Positions 1 through 11,134 of a stretch of DNA of 64,000 bases are shown here, piece after piece; the first letter of the stretch is position 1, and each line of letters opens with the position of its first letter. This DNA comes from Candidatus Levyibacteriota bacterium (GTDB taxonomy: Bacteria; Patescibacteriota; Microgenomatia; Levybacterales; UBA12049): NCBI GenBank assembly GCA_003173895.1, contig PJMG01000021.1:12274-76273 (forward strand), read 5' to 3'. The translations under genes and the position numbers were made by a program. The notes under the pieces are model-generated. The model ran no database searches and had not been told where the DNA came from. It was given only the letters and a program-made list of their open reading frames with translations.

Positions 1-470
1 GTTTTACGATATTATTATATTTAATATTTTTTATCAGGTTTATTAATCTATATTTTTTTGTTGATCCTACTAAAGTTGGTAATCTTTGGGCTGATGGGTA
101 TCAAGAATTATATAGTTATATAGCACCACAACAGAATAATTATAAGAAAATCATAATATCGGGTCACTATTGGGAGCCATATGTTTACTTTTTGTTTTAT
201 TCTAAATATGATCCATATCTATATCAGAAAAATGGCAGTGTGTTTGGTTTTGGTAAATATATTTTTGGCGGAACTTCATGGGATCTTACAAATCCAAATC
301 ATAGGGAATTAGATCATCGAACTCTCTCAGATTTAGCAAAAACAAAAGATTTCATAGTAGCTATTAGTCCGGGTGAGTTCCAATATGAAAAGAAACAATT
401 AATTCCAATTAAAAACATTTATAATTTAAATGGTAAATTAGTTTTTATAGTGGCAAAGAGTAAAAATTAA
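1..470 (+). CDS. 3' part of an ArnT/PMT-like (GT-C) membrane glycosyltransferase, truncated by the window edge
   Basis: Frame is open from position 3 (FTILLYLIFF...WADGYQE...PYVYFLFYSKYDP). It matches the C-terminal GY..PY..FLFY.KYDP motif of the four downstream paralogs. Confidence 0.8.
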   Translation, partial: FTILLYLIFFIRFINLYFFVDPTKVGNLWADGYQELYSYIAPQQNNYKKIIISGHYWEPYVYFLFYSKYDPYLYQKNGSVFGFGKYIFGGTSWDLTNPNHRELDHRTLSDLAKTKDFIVAISPGEFQYEKKQLIPIKNIYNLNGKLVFIVAKSKN

Positions 471-476
471 TTAAGC

Positions 477-2084
477 ATGAAAAAAACTTATTTAATACTT
501 TTAATAATTTTCATATTAGGTGCATTTATACGCTTTTTTCTTTTAGCTCAAATTCCAGCTAGCCTTAATCAAGATGAAACGGCTATTGGTTATAATGCTT
601 ATTCCATATTGAAAACTGGACATGATGAGCATGGAGTTTTTATGCCCATTACTTATGAATCTTTTGGTGATTGGAAATTAATATTATATCCGCTCATTGA
701 TACAATTCCTATTCTATTATTTGGGTTAAATGAATTTGCAGTCCGCTTTCCATCAGCTTTCTTTGGAAGTTTACAAGTTGTATTAATTTTCTTTTTGGCT
801 CAACAATTATTTAAAAATAAAAAAATAAGTTTAATTTCTGCATTTATGATGGCTATGAGTCCATGGAGTATTTATTTTTCCAGAATGGCTTACGAAGTAA
901 ATGTAGGTAATTTTTTATTCATGAGTGCTACTTTACTCTTGCTAAAATTTATTGATAGCAAAAAATCTTGGCTCTTAATAACAGCATCAATTTTATTCGG
1001 TTTAACTTTAATTACTTATCATGCATTTATAATTTTTACTCCTATTTTTGTTTTAGGAATTTTTATTATTTTCGCAAAAACATTATTTAAGAATAAACTT
1101 TCATTATCTTTATCTATTTTAATATTCATAATATTTTGCTTAGTATCTTTTTCAAACATTTTTCTGAAAAATGGAGCTAAACTTTCTGATAATGCAGTTT
1201 GGGCCGATCAAAATACTTATTATAATAGAGTAGATATTTTAAGAACTGATGGTGCACATGATCCTAAAATATTAAATAAATTAATTTATAATAAATTTAC
1301 AGCAGTTGCTTATCAAATTGGACAAAATTACTTATTAACCTTTTCTCCTACTTTTTTATTTGATAAAGGTGGGACTAAACTTTTACATAACTTAGGCTAC
1401 TTTGGTAACATGTATTTTATAGATGTCATATTTTTAGGTTTTGGAATATTTGGAATAATTTATACTAAACAGAAAAATTTAAAAGTTATTATCCTTTGGA
1501 TTTTATTAGCTGCTGTTCCAGGAGCAGTTACATCGGATGTTCCTTCATCAACTAGAGCTTATCCTCTGCTACCAGTACTTCTTTTAATAGCATCATTTGG
1601 ATTTATTTATATGTTTGATGTTTTAAAAAATAATATTGGCAAAATTTTAATTGGATTAATTCTTATTATATATCTTTGGAATATTTTATTTTTTGTGGAT
1701 GGATATTTCATTCATATAAATTATCAAAGAGCAGCCTATTTGCACTACGGATATAAACAAATAGTTGAAGTAGCAAAGAAATATCCTAATGATAAAGTAA
1801 TAGTTACAGGACCTGATAATTTCCCATATATTTCATTTCTTTTCTATACTAAATTTGATCCTTCTACTTTTCAAAAAGAAGTAGTTTATTATCCACAAGG
1901 TACTTATAAATTTGATGATGTAAAAAGTTTTGACAGATATGAATTTATTCCTAGCATTAATTATACTAATTTACAAAAAAATACATTATATTTCGATACC
2001 AATGGTATCAATCCTAATGTGGATTACACAATAAATCTTCCCAATGGAGATCCTGTATTTAAATATTTTTTTGGAAATAGATGA
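477..2084 (+). CDS. ArnT/PMT-like GT-C glycosyltransferase (GT83/GT39-like)
   Basis: Multi-TM protein; LNQDE acidic motif after TM1; GYNAYSILKTG; FAVRFPSA. Confidence 0.85.
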   Translation: MKKTYLILLIIFILGAFIRFFLLAQIPASLNQDETAIGYNAYSILKTGHDEHGVFMPITYESFGDWKLILYPLIDTIPILLFGLNEFAVRFPSAFFGSLQVVLIFFLAQQLFKNKKISLISAFMMAMSPWSIYFSRMAYEVNVGNFLFMSATLLLLKFIDSKKSWLLITASILFGLTLITYHAFIIFTPIFVLGIFIIFAKTLFKNKLSLSLSILIFIIFCLVSFSNIFLKNGAKLSDNAVWADQNTYYNRVDILRTDGAHDPKILNKLIYNKFTAVAYQIGQNYLLTFSPTFLFDKGGTKLLHNLGYFGNMYFIDVIFLGFGIFGIIYTKQKNLKVIILWILLAAVPGAVTSDVPSSTRAYPLLPVLLLIASFGFIYMFDVLKNNIGKILIGLILIIYLWNILFFVDGYFIHINYQRAAYLHYGYKQIVEVAKKYPNDKVIVTGPDNFPYISFLFYTKFDPSTFQKEVVYYPQGTYKFDDVKSFDRYEFIPSINYTNLQKNTLYFDTNGINPNVDYTINLPNGDPVFKYFFGNR

Positions 2085-3718
2085 AAAAAATCTTACTCTT
2101 AATAATTATTTTAACTGCTATTTTAATTAGAATTCCTCAACTTGGAACTGTACCTTTTGGTATACAAAACGATGAAGTTGACTATATCTATGATGGTTAT
2201 ACAGTAATTAAAACAGAAGGACATGGTGTAGCAGGAGGTTTCTTACCTCTTTCATTTAAACTTAATAGTTCTTTATCTCCAGTTCCAGTATATTTAGACT
2301 CTATTTCAACAGGAATTTTAGGATTATCTGTTTTTTCTGGTAGACTGCCCTTTGCTATTTTAAGTATTGGTTCTGTTATTTTAGTTTTTCTATTGGCAGA
2401 TGAATTATTTGGAAATTTAGTAGTTTCTTTTTCATCAAGTTTAATTTTTTTACTTTATCCATGGGAAAATTATTTAGCCCGTGGTGCATGGGATGGAATA
2501 ATCGCTCAGTTTTTTTATTTACTAGGAATTTATGTGTTTATAAAGTTTTTAAAAATAAAGAAAAATATTAACTGGTCAATTATCCCATTTACATTAGCGT
2601 TTTATAGTTATCATGCGACTAAAGTTTTTTTCCTATTCTTAATTCCAATTTTATTGTTTTATGCTTTTAAAAAGTATATATCTAAAATCCAAATTATCTT
2701 ATTTTTAATTTTAAGTTTATTAATTTTTATATCATTTGCATTAGTTACTAAATATGAAGGTGTTACAAGACAAGAAGTATTTGTTTGGAATGATAGTTCC
2801 TCTAAAGAAAAAATAGTGGATTTAAATATTTTTAAAAGATCCAGTAGCAATGCACCAGAAAAATTAAAAATTTTATTCTCAAATGTTCCTCTTTTTTATA
2901 CTATTAATGGAATTAATAATTACTTAAAGTCTTTTTCTACAGAATTATTTTTTACAAATGGTGATTTAGGCCCTGTTACAGGGTATGGAAATTTCAGTTA
3001 TGGGATGCTTAATTATACAGATGCAATCTTTATAATTTCAGGATTGATTTTTTTAATGAAGAAATTCAGTAAAAAAAACAGTTCACTACTTCTATCTTTA
3101 ATTCTTATAGCTCCGACGCCTGTGCTATTAGTTTTTAGTGGAACATATATAGTTCGTGCCATTATGCTTCCTGCATTTTTAGCTATCTTAAGTGGGATAG
3201 GAATACTTGGTATTATAACTTTTCTAAAACAGGATTTTAAAAAACCATGGATTTTTATATTTTCTATTTTAATAGTAATTCATTTATATTTATTCTTAAG
3301 CTTTTTATATGGTTATTATTATCAATTCAATTTTGCAGGGACTGAATATTGGAATGGATCAAGCAGAACTTTATCAGAATTTATAGTTAAAAATTATAAT
3401 AATTATGATCATTTCTACGTAGCCAGCGGAGATGATCATTTAGTTTTACAATATGCGCTAACGGCAAAAATTGATCCTCACATTATTCAAAAACTTTGGC
3501 CTTTAACATCTTCTAAAATAAAAATTGGTAAAGTAATTTTTCTTAATTCTTGCCTTGGCAAAAATACTGATAATCCTATGGCTTTAATTCCTAAAAAATC
3601 CGTATATTTTACTTACATTTCTAACGGTGATTGTTATAATAATGATAGCCCAACTTTTAGAATTGCAGATCCTATGGAATCTTTAAGAACTATTTATAAT
3701 GTTTATGAAAAAAATTGA
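2081..3718 (+). CDS. ArnT/PMT-like GT-C glycosyltransferase
   Basis: Multi-TM; IQNDE motif; GRLPFA; diverged paralog of its neighbours; ATGA overlap with the upstream gene. Confidence 0.8.
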   Translation: MKKILLLIIILTAILIRIPQLGTVPFGIQNDEVDYIYDGYTVIKTEGHGVAGGFLPLSFKLNSSLSPVPVYLDSISTGILGLSVFSGRLPFAILSIGSVILVFLLADELFGNLVVSFSSSLIFLLYPWENYLARGAWDGIIAQFFYLLGIYVFIKFLKIKKNINWSIIPFTLAFYSYHATKVFFLFLIPILLFYAFKKYISKIQIILFLILSLLIFISFALVTKYEGVTRQEVFVWNDSSSKEKIVDLNIFKRSSSNAPEKLKILFSNVPLFYTINGINNYLKSFSTELFFTNGDLGPVTGYGNFSYGMLNYTDAIFIISGLIFLMKKFSKKNSSLLLSLILIAPTPVLLVFSGTYIVRAIMLPAFLAILSGIGILGIITFLKQDFKKPWIFIFSILIVIHLYLFLSFLYGYYYQFNFAGTEYWNGSSRTLSEFIVKNYNNYDHFYVASGDDHLVLQYALTAKIDPHIIQKLWPLTSSKIKIGKVIFLNSCLGKNTDNPMALIPKKSVYFTYISNGDCYNNDSPTFRIADPMESLRTIYNVYEKN

Positions 3719-5345
3719 AATTTTAATATTTGGAATAATAATCTTTGTTGCCACTTTTTTTAGATTCTATAATTTATCTTCTGATCCTCCTAGCCTTTAT
3801 TGGGATGAAGTATCGCAGGGATATAATGCTTACTCTATTTTAAAAACGGGATATGATGAACATCACGTTTTCATGCCTATTACAGATTTTGCAGCTTTTG
3901 GTGATTATAAAGCTCCAGTTTTAATTTATTTAGATGCTATATCCATCCGAATATTTGGACTTACAGATTTTGCAGTTAGATTCCCTTCTGCGTTTTTAGG
4001 TGTGCTAACTGTTTTAATAACTTTTTTTCTGGCTCGTGAATTATTTTACAAAAGTAAAAATAAGAATCTAATTGGATTTATAAGCTCATTTCTACTAGCA
4101 ATTTCCCCCTGGCATATACAATTAAGTCGTGTTGCTTATGAGGGTAATACAGCCACATTTTTCTTTGTACTAGGAGTGTTTTTATTTTTGTTTGCGTTGA
4201 GAAAAAAAAATTGGATTTTACCATTTTCTATAATTTCTTTTGTACTTTCTTTTTATTCTTTTAATTCATTTCGTGTTTTCACACCACTTATGGTAATAGC
4301 TCTAAGTTTAATTTATTTTAAAGAACTTTTTTTAACTAAAAAAAGAATATTAATTTATATTTTTTCATCAATTTTGGGGCTTCTAATTTTGTTACCATTT
4401 ATTTTATATCTTAAAAATCCTGATAGTCGTCTTCGCTTTAATGAAGTAAACATTTTTTCAGATCTTCCTCCTATCCAGCAGTCAAATGCATGGAAACAAG
4501 AAGATAAAAATTCTGAAATTTCTAAAATAGTTCATAACAGTAGATTTATATATACTCTTTATTATTTGCAACATTATTTTGATTTTTTTAATCCTCAATT
4601 TTTATTTTATAGTGGTGATGTTAATCCTCGTTTTTCTCTTCAAGATAATGGAGAACTATTCTGGTTTGAGCTTCCCATTCTTTTATTAGGATTTTATTAT
4701 TTAGTAAAAGAAAAAAATAAAACTACTATAACAATTTTATTTTGGTTTTTATTAGCACCTGTAGCTGCCGCGACTGCTCATGAAACGCCACATGCACTTC
4801 GTGCAGAAAGTTACTTACCTACATTTCAATTAGTAGAAGCTTTCGGCGCAACTTATATTTTACTTAAATTAATAAAATTAAACTGGTGGAAGCTAATTAT
4901 TTGCATATATGCTTTATGGGTTTGTTTAGCATTTTACATTTTTTGGCATGATTATTTTAATCATTTTCCAATAACCTATTCTGGAGTTTTCCAATATGGT
5001 TATAAGCAAGCTGTTGCAGATGCTAAATCGTTAGATAATAATTATGATTTAATCTTGTTCAGTGATCATTATGGTAGAGCATATGTTTATTATCTTTTTT
5101 ATAGTAAATATAATCCGAAACTTTATTGGAAAACTAAGAATGAAACACAAGATATTTTTGGGTTCTATCATGTTAATAGCATAGGTAAATACATATTTTT
5201 TGAAGATACAGATGATCTTTCTAAATACCAAAATAAAAAAAATTTATATATTGCTCCACCCAAACAAATGCCAGCCAATGCTAAAATTATAGAAAAAATA
5301 AATTTTTTAGATGGTACGACAGCATTTGAAATCGGGCATAATTAA
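3699..5345 (+). CDS. ArnT/PMT-like GT-C glycosyltransferase (start may be 3705)
   Basis: LYWDE; GYNAYSILKTG; FGDYK; VRFPSA; multi-TM. Confidence 0.85.
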   Translation: MFMKKIEILIFGIIIFVATFFRFYNLSSDPPSLYWDEVSQGYNAYSILKTGYDEHHVFMPITDFAAFGDYKAPVLIYLDAISIRIFGLTDFAVRFPSAFLGVLTVLITFFLARELFYKSKNKNLIGFISSFLLAISPWHIQLSRVAYEGNTATFFFVLGVFLFLFALRKKNWILPFSIISFVLSFYSFNSFRVFTPLMVIALSLIYFKELFLTKKRILIYIFSSILGLLILLPFILYLKNPDSRLRFNEVNIFSDLPPIQQSNAWKQEDKNSEISKIVHNSRFIYTLYYLQHYFDFFNPQFLFYSGDVNPRFSLQDNGELFWFELPILLLGFYYLVKEKNKTTITILFWFLLAPVAAATAHETPHALRAESYLPTFQLVEAFGATYILLKLIKLNWWKLIICIYALWVCLAFYIFWHDYFNHFPITYSGVFQYGYKQAVADAKSLDNNYDLILFSDHYGRAYVYYLFYSKYNPKLYWKTKNETQDIFGFYHVNSIGKYIFFEDTDDLSKYQNKKNLYIAPPKQMPANAKIIEKINFLDGTTAFEIGHN

Positions 5346-5354
5346 ACTTAAAGT

Positions 5355-7004
5355 ATGAAAAAATTATACATTTTATTTTTAACTGCAATTTTTTTGCTTG
5401 GATTTTTCTTAAGATTTTATCAATTAGGACAGATTCCAGGATCTTTAGATTGGGATGAGGCATCCTGGGGATATAATGCATATTCTATACTTCATACTGG
5501 TCGTGATGAATATGGCATTAAAATGCCGATGTCATTTAGAGCATTTGGTGATTATAAACAACCAGTCTACGTTTATTTAGATGCTGCTTCAATTGCAATT
5601 TTTGGTCTAAATTCTTTTGCGGTTCGTTTTCCTTCAGCATTTTTTGGTAGTTTAACTACTGTTTTTATCTTTTTATTTTTGTTTGAACTATTTTATAAAG
5701 AGAAAAAGCGTAATCTAATTGCAATTTTTGGATCTTTAATTTTTACTATTTCTCCTTGGTCTATTCAGTTTAGTAGAGTGGCTTTTGAAGCTACCAATGG
5801 ACTATTTTTTGTTTTATCCGGAATGTGGCTTTTTTTTAGAGGAGTACGAACAGATAAAAAATCGCAAATAATCCTTGGAACATTACTTTTTATAATAAGT
5901 GCGTATACATATCATAGTGAAAAAATATTTACTCCTATAATATTTATTTGTTTATTATTCTACTTTAGAAAATATTTTGGTATTAATAAAGAATTATTAA
6001 GAGGATTAATAAAATCAAAAATAATTTTTATAGTCACTCTTCTTTTAATTTTTGGTATTGGAAATATTTTTTGGGTTTTAAATGCTAAAACAGTGGCCAG
6101 AGGTGAGAGTGTATTATTTACATCTAATCAAACTCCGCTTTTAGCCAATGTAGTTAAAGAGACAGCAGAGGATAGCGCAAAAGGAGATAAGTTTGATGTA
6201 TTATTACATAATCGGCGTTTAGTATATATTTCAGCCTATTTAGATAATTATTTATCGGTATTTTATCCTAATTGGCTTTTTATAACCGGAGATTTAGAAA
6301 GACATCATGCTCCTGGAATGGGACTGTTATATCTAGTGTCTATTCCTGCTATCTTGGTAGGAATATTTTTAATTTTTGATAAATATAAAAAACATATATT
6401 TATTATTTGCTCATGGTTGTTAATTGCTCCTATCGCAGAAGCACTAGCTGGGGTCCCAAATGCAGAACGCGCGCTAATTATCCTTCCAGTTTTTATAATT
6501 TTTGAGAGTTTAGGATTAGTTTGGTTTATTGAGTGGGTAAGAAATAGTAAGCATCTTTTATTTTATACTTTACGCTTTACGCTTGTTATTCTTTTATTTT
6601 TATTGTATTTTTTCAATTTTACCTATTATATTAATCAATATTTTTCTCATACCAATACTGATTATCTAGAATTCTGGCAAGGAGGATATGAACAAGCTAT
6701 CAATTTTGCAGTTAATAATTCTAAAAATAAAAATATTTATTTTGATAAAAGTATAGAACAAGCTTATATTTTCTATCTATTTTATGAAAAATATGATCCC
6801 GAAAAATATTTAGCTAGTGGGGGATCCAATAGAACTTTAATGGTCTGTTACAACATAGATAATGCGTGGTTTGGAAATTGTAAAACTATAAAAAGTGGAG
6901 ATATATTTGTCTCTCGTTATATGCCTGATTTCCCAGCTAAGAAAATATTTACCTTTAATTTTTTAAACAATGATCCAGGGGTGTACGTATTTAGGAAAGA
7001 GTAG
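5355..7004 (+). CDS. ArnT/PMT-like GT-C glycosyltransferase
   Basis: LDWDE; GYNAYSILHTGRDE; FGDYK; VRFPSA; multi-TM. Confidence 0.85.
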   Translation: MKKLYILFLTAIFLLGFFLRFYQLGQIPGSLDWDEASWGYNAYSILHTGRDEYGIKMPMSFRAFGDYKQPVYVYLDAASIAIFGLNSFAVRFPSAFFGSLTTVFIFLFLFELFYKEKKRNLIAIFGSLIFTISPWSIQFSRVAFEATNGLFFVLSGMWLFFRGVRTDKKSQIILGTLLFIISAYTYHSEKIFTPIIFICLLFYFRKYFGINKELLRGLIKSKIIFIVTLLLIFGIGNIFWVLNAKTVARGESVLFTSNQTPLLANVVKETAEDSAKGDKFDVLLHNRRLVYISAYLDNYLSVFYPNWLFITGDLERHHAPGMGLLYLVSIPAILVGIFLIFDKYKKHIFIICSWLLIAPIAEALAGVPNAERALIILPVFIIFESLGLVWFIEWVRNSKHLLFYTLRFTLVILLFLLYFFNFTYYINQYFSHTNTDYLEFWQGGYEQAINFAVNNSKNKNIYFDKSIEQAYIFYLFYEKYDPEKYLASGGSNRTLMVCYNIDNAWFGNCKTIKSGDIFVSRYMPDFPAKKIFTFNFLNNDPGVYVFRKE

Positions 7005-7057
7005 ATCTTATTGCAATTATTAATTTTATGTTAGAATGAAATTGCTAGCTGAAATTT

Positions 7058-8773
7058 ATGAATTTATTGACTGTAAAGAATAAAATTTGGGGTTTTATTA
7101 AATCTAAAAATATCTTTTACGCTCTTTTACTTCTAATATTTTTTGTTTTAGATTCACTTCATGAAAGCTATCCTGATGAATTTGATAACATTTTAGGAGG
7201 GTGGAATATACTTCATGGGCGACTTTTGTATATAGGCTATTTTACTCATCATGGACCATTCCCTTATTTTCTTTCAGCATTTATAGAAATTTTTAGTAGA
7301 GTTAATTTTCCTAAATTTAGAATAATTTATGCGCTAATTTTAACAGCATTTTCTTTATTTAGTGTTTGGGTTATTAAAAAATCAGTTGGTAAAACTAAAA
7401 ATATCACTAAATTTTTCTATTTTATTATATCTTTAATTTCTACCTATTATTGGTTTCAAATGTTACTGGCAGATACAATTTCTGCTTTTTTATTAATTCC
7501 CGTATTTGGAATAGTTTTATTTAAAGAATATAAAGATGAAGCTTTTGATTTATTTTCTACACTTTTTTGTTCAATCTTAATTTTTCTAACAGTTTTAAGC
7601 TCATTAACATATATTTATGTTGCACTTATTTTTTATGCATTTATTTTTTGTAAAAACTTTTATATTTTTAGATCTTTTAACTTTAAAAAAGCATTAATTG
7701 CTCTAGGTATTTTTATATCACCTTATCTATTATTTGTTTTATATTTATTCGGAACTCATAGTTTTCATGATTACTATTATGATAATTTTGTATTTAATGA
7801 GTCATTTTATATCTATAACTACCCTAGACCTTCAGGATCAACTCATATAAATCCAGTTCGTTTCGCAGTAGTTATTACTCATAATTTCGTATCAGACTTT
7901 TCGACTCTTTTAGTTCAAGCAAAAGACTTTAATTTTTCATATCCCATGAATATAACCATGGCATTAGGTGATTTAACTTTACTAATTTTTCTATTAATTA
8001 AGAAAAAATATAAATTAAGTTTAACTTATTTCTTTTTATTAGTTTTTTCAAATGCTAGAAGTAATCCTTTACTTTCAGCAGAAACAGACTATCAATCAGC
8101 AGTTTATATTTTTATCTCATTGTTCTCGATAATTTTTGTTTTAAGCCAATTAATAGAAAATATTAATTTAAATAGAGAAGGTGGATATAAATTTTTATAC
8201 GGTTTGTTATTTGCCCCAATTGCTTTATATAGTGTTTTTTCCCTTATTTTTGTATCAAATAAATTTTTTGATAGATATTATCCTAAATATATGGGTACTG
8301 CTCCTCTTATTTATAACAATCCTGATGTAGCTCCAGTTCTAAATCAAATACTAAAACCAACTGATTACTATTGGGTAGGACCTTTTGAATTTCAAAATAT
8401 TTGGTACTTGGATACTGGAACACCAGTTTCAAAATATCAAATATTAAATGCAGGTGAAATGAGATCATCAGATATAAAATCCTCATTAATTTCAGATTTT
8501 GAAAATAATAAGCCCAACATAGTTTGGTTTGATAAAAACTTTTATATTTTAGGAAGTACTCCTATTAAAGATGCTCCTGAATTTGTTGATTATTTAGATA
8601 AAAATTATATAACTCTTTATACATATAGAGAAAGTAAATATAAATATATTTCGAAAATTCCCACAGATAGAGTTGATTTAGAAACAAAACTTTATATTCC
8701 TAAATCAAATAAAACAGATATTATAAATAGACTTTTACAAGCAAATTTAATAGAAAAAGTAAGTAGCAAATGA
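7058..8773 (+). CDS. Polytopic membrane protein, probable GT-C glycosyltransferase
   Basis: YPDEFDN acidic motif after TM1; HHGP loop; many TM segments; soluble C-terminal domain. Confidence 0.7.
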   Translation: MNLLTVKNKIWGFIKSKNIFYALLLLIFFVLDSLHESYPDEFDNILGGWNILHGRLLYIGYFTHHGPFPYFLSAFIEIFSRVNFPKFRIIYALILTAFSLFSVWVIKKSVGKTKNITKFFYFIISLISTYYWFQMLLADTISAFLLIPVFGIVLFKEYKDEAFDLFSTLFCSILIFLTVLSSLTYIYVALIFYAFIFCKNFYIFRSFNFKKALIALGIFISPYLLFVLYLFGTHSFHDYYYDNFVFNESFYIYNYPRPSGSTHINPVRFAVVITHNFVSDFSTLLVQAKDFNFSYPMNITMALGDLTLLIFLLIKKKYKLSLTYFFLLVFSNARSNPLLSAETDYQSAVYIFISLFSIIFVLSQLIENINLNREGGYKFLYGLLFAPIALYSVFSLIFVSNKFFDRYYPKYMGTAPLIYNNPDVAPVLNQILKPTDYYWVGPFEFQNIWYLDTGTPVSKYQILNAGEMRSSDIKSSLISDFENNKPNIVWFDKNFYILGSTPIKDAPEFVDYLDKNYITLYTYRESKYKYISKIPTDRVDLETKLYIPKSNKTDIINRLLQANLIEKVSSK

Positions 8774-10269
8774 AACAATTCTCCTTTAAGAAAATAGCGG
8801 AAATCATATTATTTACACTTGTATTAAGCTTGGCTATTTTACTTCGAATTAGTAATGTATTACATCAAAATTTCGCTTTTACTTATGACGTTGGACGAGA
8901 TCTACTTGCTTTAAATAATATAATAATCACCCATAAAATGGGTCTTATAGGTTTCACCACAGGTCTTCAAGGAGTTTTTTATGGCCCATGGTGGTATATA
9001 TTTTTACTACCAGCTTTTGTACTCTCTAATGGCAATCCATCAGGAATAATTATTTATATGAATTTTATTGGAGTGATAACTGTAATTTTAGGATATCTAT
9101 TAGGGAAAAAGATTGGAGGGAGTTTACTAGGATTTATGCTCATGATAGTTTTTAGCATATCTCCTCTTTTAATTGCTTATTCATCACAAATTTGGAATCC
9201 AAATATTGCTCCTTTTTTCGTTTTATCAACAATTTTTATACTTTATTTAATTTATAAAAAAAATAGTCCCTGGTATTTTTTATTACTTGGTTTTATTACT
9301 GCACTAAATATAGAAATTGAGATAGTATTTGGTAGTATTTTTTTTATTTACACAACATTTTTTACGTTTATTTATTTTTATAAAAGATTAAATTTAAAGA
9401 AAATTATTTTATATTTTTTAGGACTTTTTCTAGTTCTCTTACCCCAATTATTATTTGAATTTAGACATAATTTTATTATGTCTAAAAGTTTTCTAAACTT
9501 TTTAACGGGTAAGTCAGATGCAGTAAGTAGTAGTTATAATTTTATAAGTGCTTTTGTAATAATAAGAGATCTATTCTCATATACAATATTTAATAATTTA
9601 GCATTAGTGTCTATTTTAAGTTTTGTTTTTATAATTATTCTTTCCATTTATTTTATATTTTTCTTAAAAGACAAATCAGATTTATGGCTTGCTAGAAAAT
9701 TTTTAATTACATTTTCCTTTTTTTATTTAATTTTTTCTTATATTTTGCTTAGTCTTTTTAGGCATACTATTTATGACCATTATTTCATTGGAGAGCCAGT
9801 AGTTTTCATTCTTTTAATTAGCCTTTTAATATATGAATTAATTATAAATAAAAACTTAATTATTAAAATATTTAGTATATTAATTTTTATTGTTATTTTA
9901 ATATTAAATACAGTTTCAAATAATTTTGTATCTATTTTTAATAATTATACTGGAGATGCCTCGGTATATAAAAACCAAATTCAAGTAATTGACTATATTT
10001 ATAAGACTGCAAGTGGAAAGCCTTTCAAATATAATGTTTATACACCACCAATATTTGACTATACATATCAGTATCTATTTTTATGGTACGGTAAAAACAA
10101 ATATGGATATTTACCTACTCAGAATAGTAAATTAGATTTTTTTATTATAGAACCTGATCCCGGATTTCCAGATAGAATACAAGCATGGCTTTCTTTAAGG
10201 AGAAATGATGGTAAGATGATAAGTAATAAAAAATTCCCTAGTGGAATAATAGTTCAAAAAAGAGACTAA
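8770..10269 (+). CDS. GT-C (PMT_2-like) membrane glycosyltransferase
   Basis: FTYDVGRD; GVFYGPWWY; WNPN; multi-TM. Confidence 0.8.
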   Translation: MKQFSFKKIAEIILFTLVLSLAILLRISNVLHQNFAFTYDVGRDLLALNNIIITHKMGLIGFTTGLQGVFYGPWWYIFLLPAFVLSNGNPSGIIIYMNFIGVITVILGYLLGKKIGGSLLGFMLMIVFSISPLLIAYSSQIWNPNIAPFFVLSTIFILYLIYKKNSPWYFLLLGFITALNIEIEIVFGSIFFIYTTFFTFIYFYKRLNLKKIILYFLGLFLVLLPQLLFEFRHNFIMSKSFLNFLTGKSDAVSSSYNFISAFVIIRDLFSYTIFNNLALVSILSFVFIIILSIYFIFFLKDKSDLWLARKFLITFSFFYLIFSYILLSLFRHTIYDHYFIGEPVVFILLISLLIYELIINKNLIIKIFSILIFIVILILNTVSNNFVSIFNNYTGDASVYKNQIQVIDYIYKTASGKPFKYNVYTPPIFDYTYQYLFLWYGKNKYGYLPTQNSKLDFFIIEPDPGFPDRIQAWLSLRRNDGKMISNKKFPSGIIVQKRD

Positions 10270-10270
10270 T

Positions 10271-11134
10271 ATGAAAAAAATATCAGTAGTTTTAGCTACA
10301 TTTAATGAAAGTAGAAACTTAGAAGAATGTTTAAAATCTGTAAAAGATTTTGCATCAGAAATAGTAATAGTGGATGGTCAATCTTCAGATAATACAGCTA
10401 ATATTGCCAAAAAATTTGGTTCTAAAATTATTTCTGTACCTAATAATCCAAATTTTCATATTAATAAGCAAATGGCTATAGATGCCGCTTCAGAAGATTG
10501 GATTTTACAACTTGATGCAGATGAAAGAGTAAGTAAGCAGTTAGCAGAGGAGATTGTTAAAGTAGTGGGAATGACTGAAAAAGAAATTGAAGAGTACGAA
10601 TCTAAATTACCTAATAAAAAATTATTTGAAAGACATACAAAAATAATTGAAGAACGTGATGGGAAAATTGGAGATGACAAAAAAACTTACAGCGCATTTT
10701 TTATTCCTAGGAAAAATTATTTTATAGGAAGGTATTTAATTCATGGAGGAGTATATCCCGATGGTGTGATACGATTTTTTAGAAAAGGAGGAGCTTATTT
10801 ACCTATGAAAGATGTCCATGAACAAATGAGAGTATTAGGTAAAGTAGGTTGGTTAGAAAATGACTTATTACATTTTGATTCACCCACATTCTCACGTTAT
10901 ATAAAAAAGTGGAATCGTTATACCACGTTTATTGCAAATCAGTTTAAAGAACAGAAACTTCCCAAAAACATTTTTTCATTTTTAAATTATTGTTTTATTA
11001 AACCTAGTAATTGGTTCTTATTAACTTTCTTTAGGCATAAAGGATTTCTGGATGGATACCAAGGTTTTATTTTTTCATTATTTTCATCACTTCGTTTCCC
11101 AATGGCTTATATAAAATATGTTAAAAATAAATAA
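10271..11134 (+). CDS. GT2 glycosyltransferase (beta-1,4-glucosyltransferase-like)
   Basis: ISVVLATFNE; VDGQSSD; LDADE; VHE. Confidence 0.9.
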   Translation: MKKISVVLATFNESRNLEECLKSVKDFASEIVIVDGQSSDNTANIAKKFGSKIISVPNNPNFHINKQMAIDAASEDWILQLDADERVSKQLAEEIVKVVGMTEKEIEEYESKLPNKKLFERHTKIIEERDGKIGDDKKTYSAFFIPRKNYFIGRYLIHGGVYPDGVIRFFRKGGAYLPMKDVHEQMRVLGKVGWLENDLLHFDSPTFSRYIKKWNRYTTFIANQFKEQKLPKNIFSFLNYCFIKPSNWFLLTFFRHKGFLDGYQGFIFSLFSSLRFPMAYIKYVKNK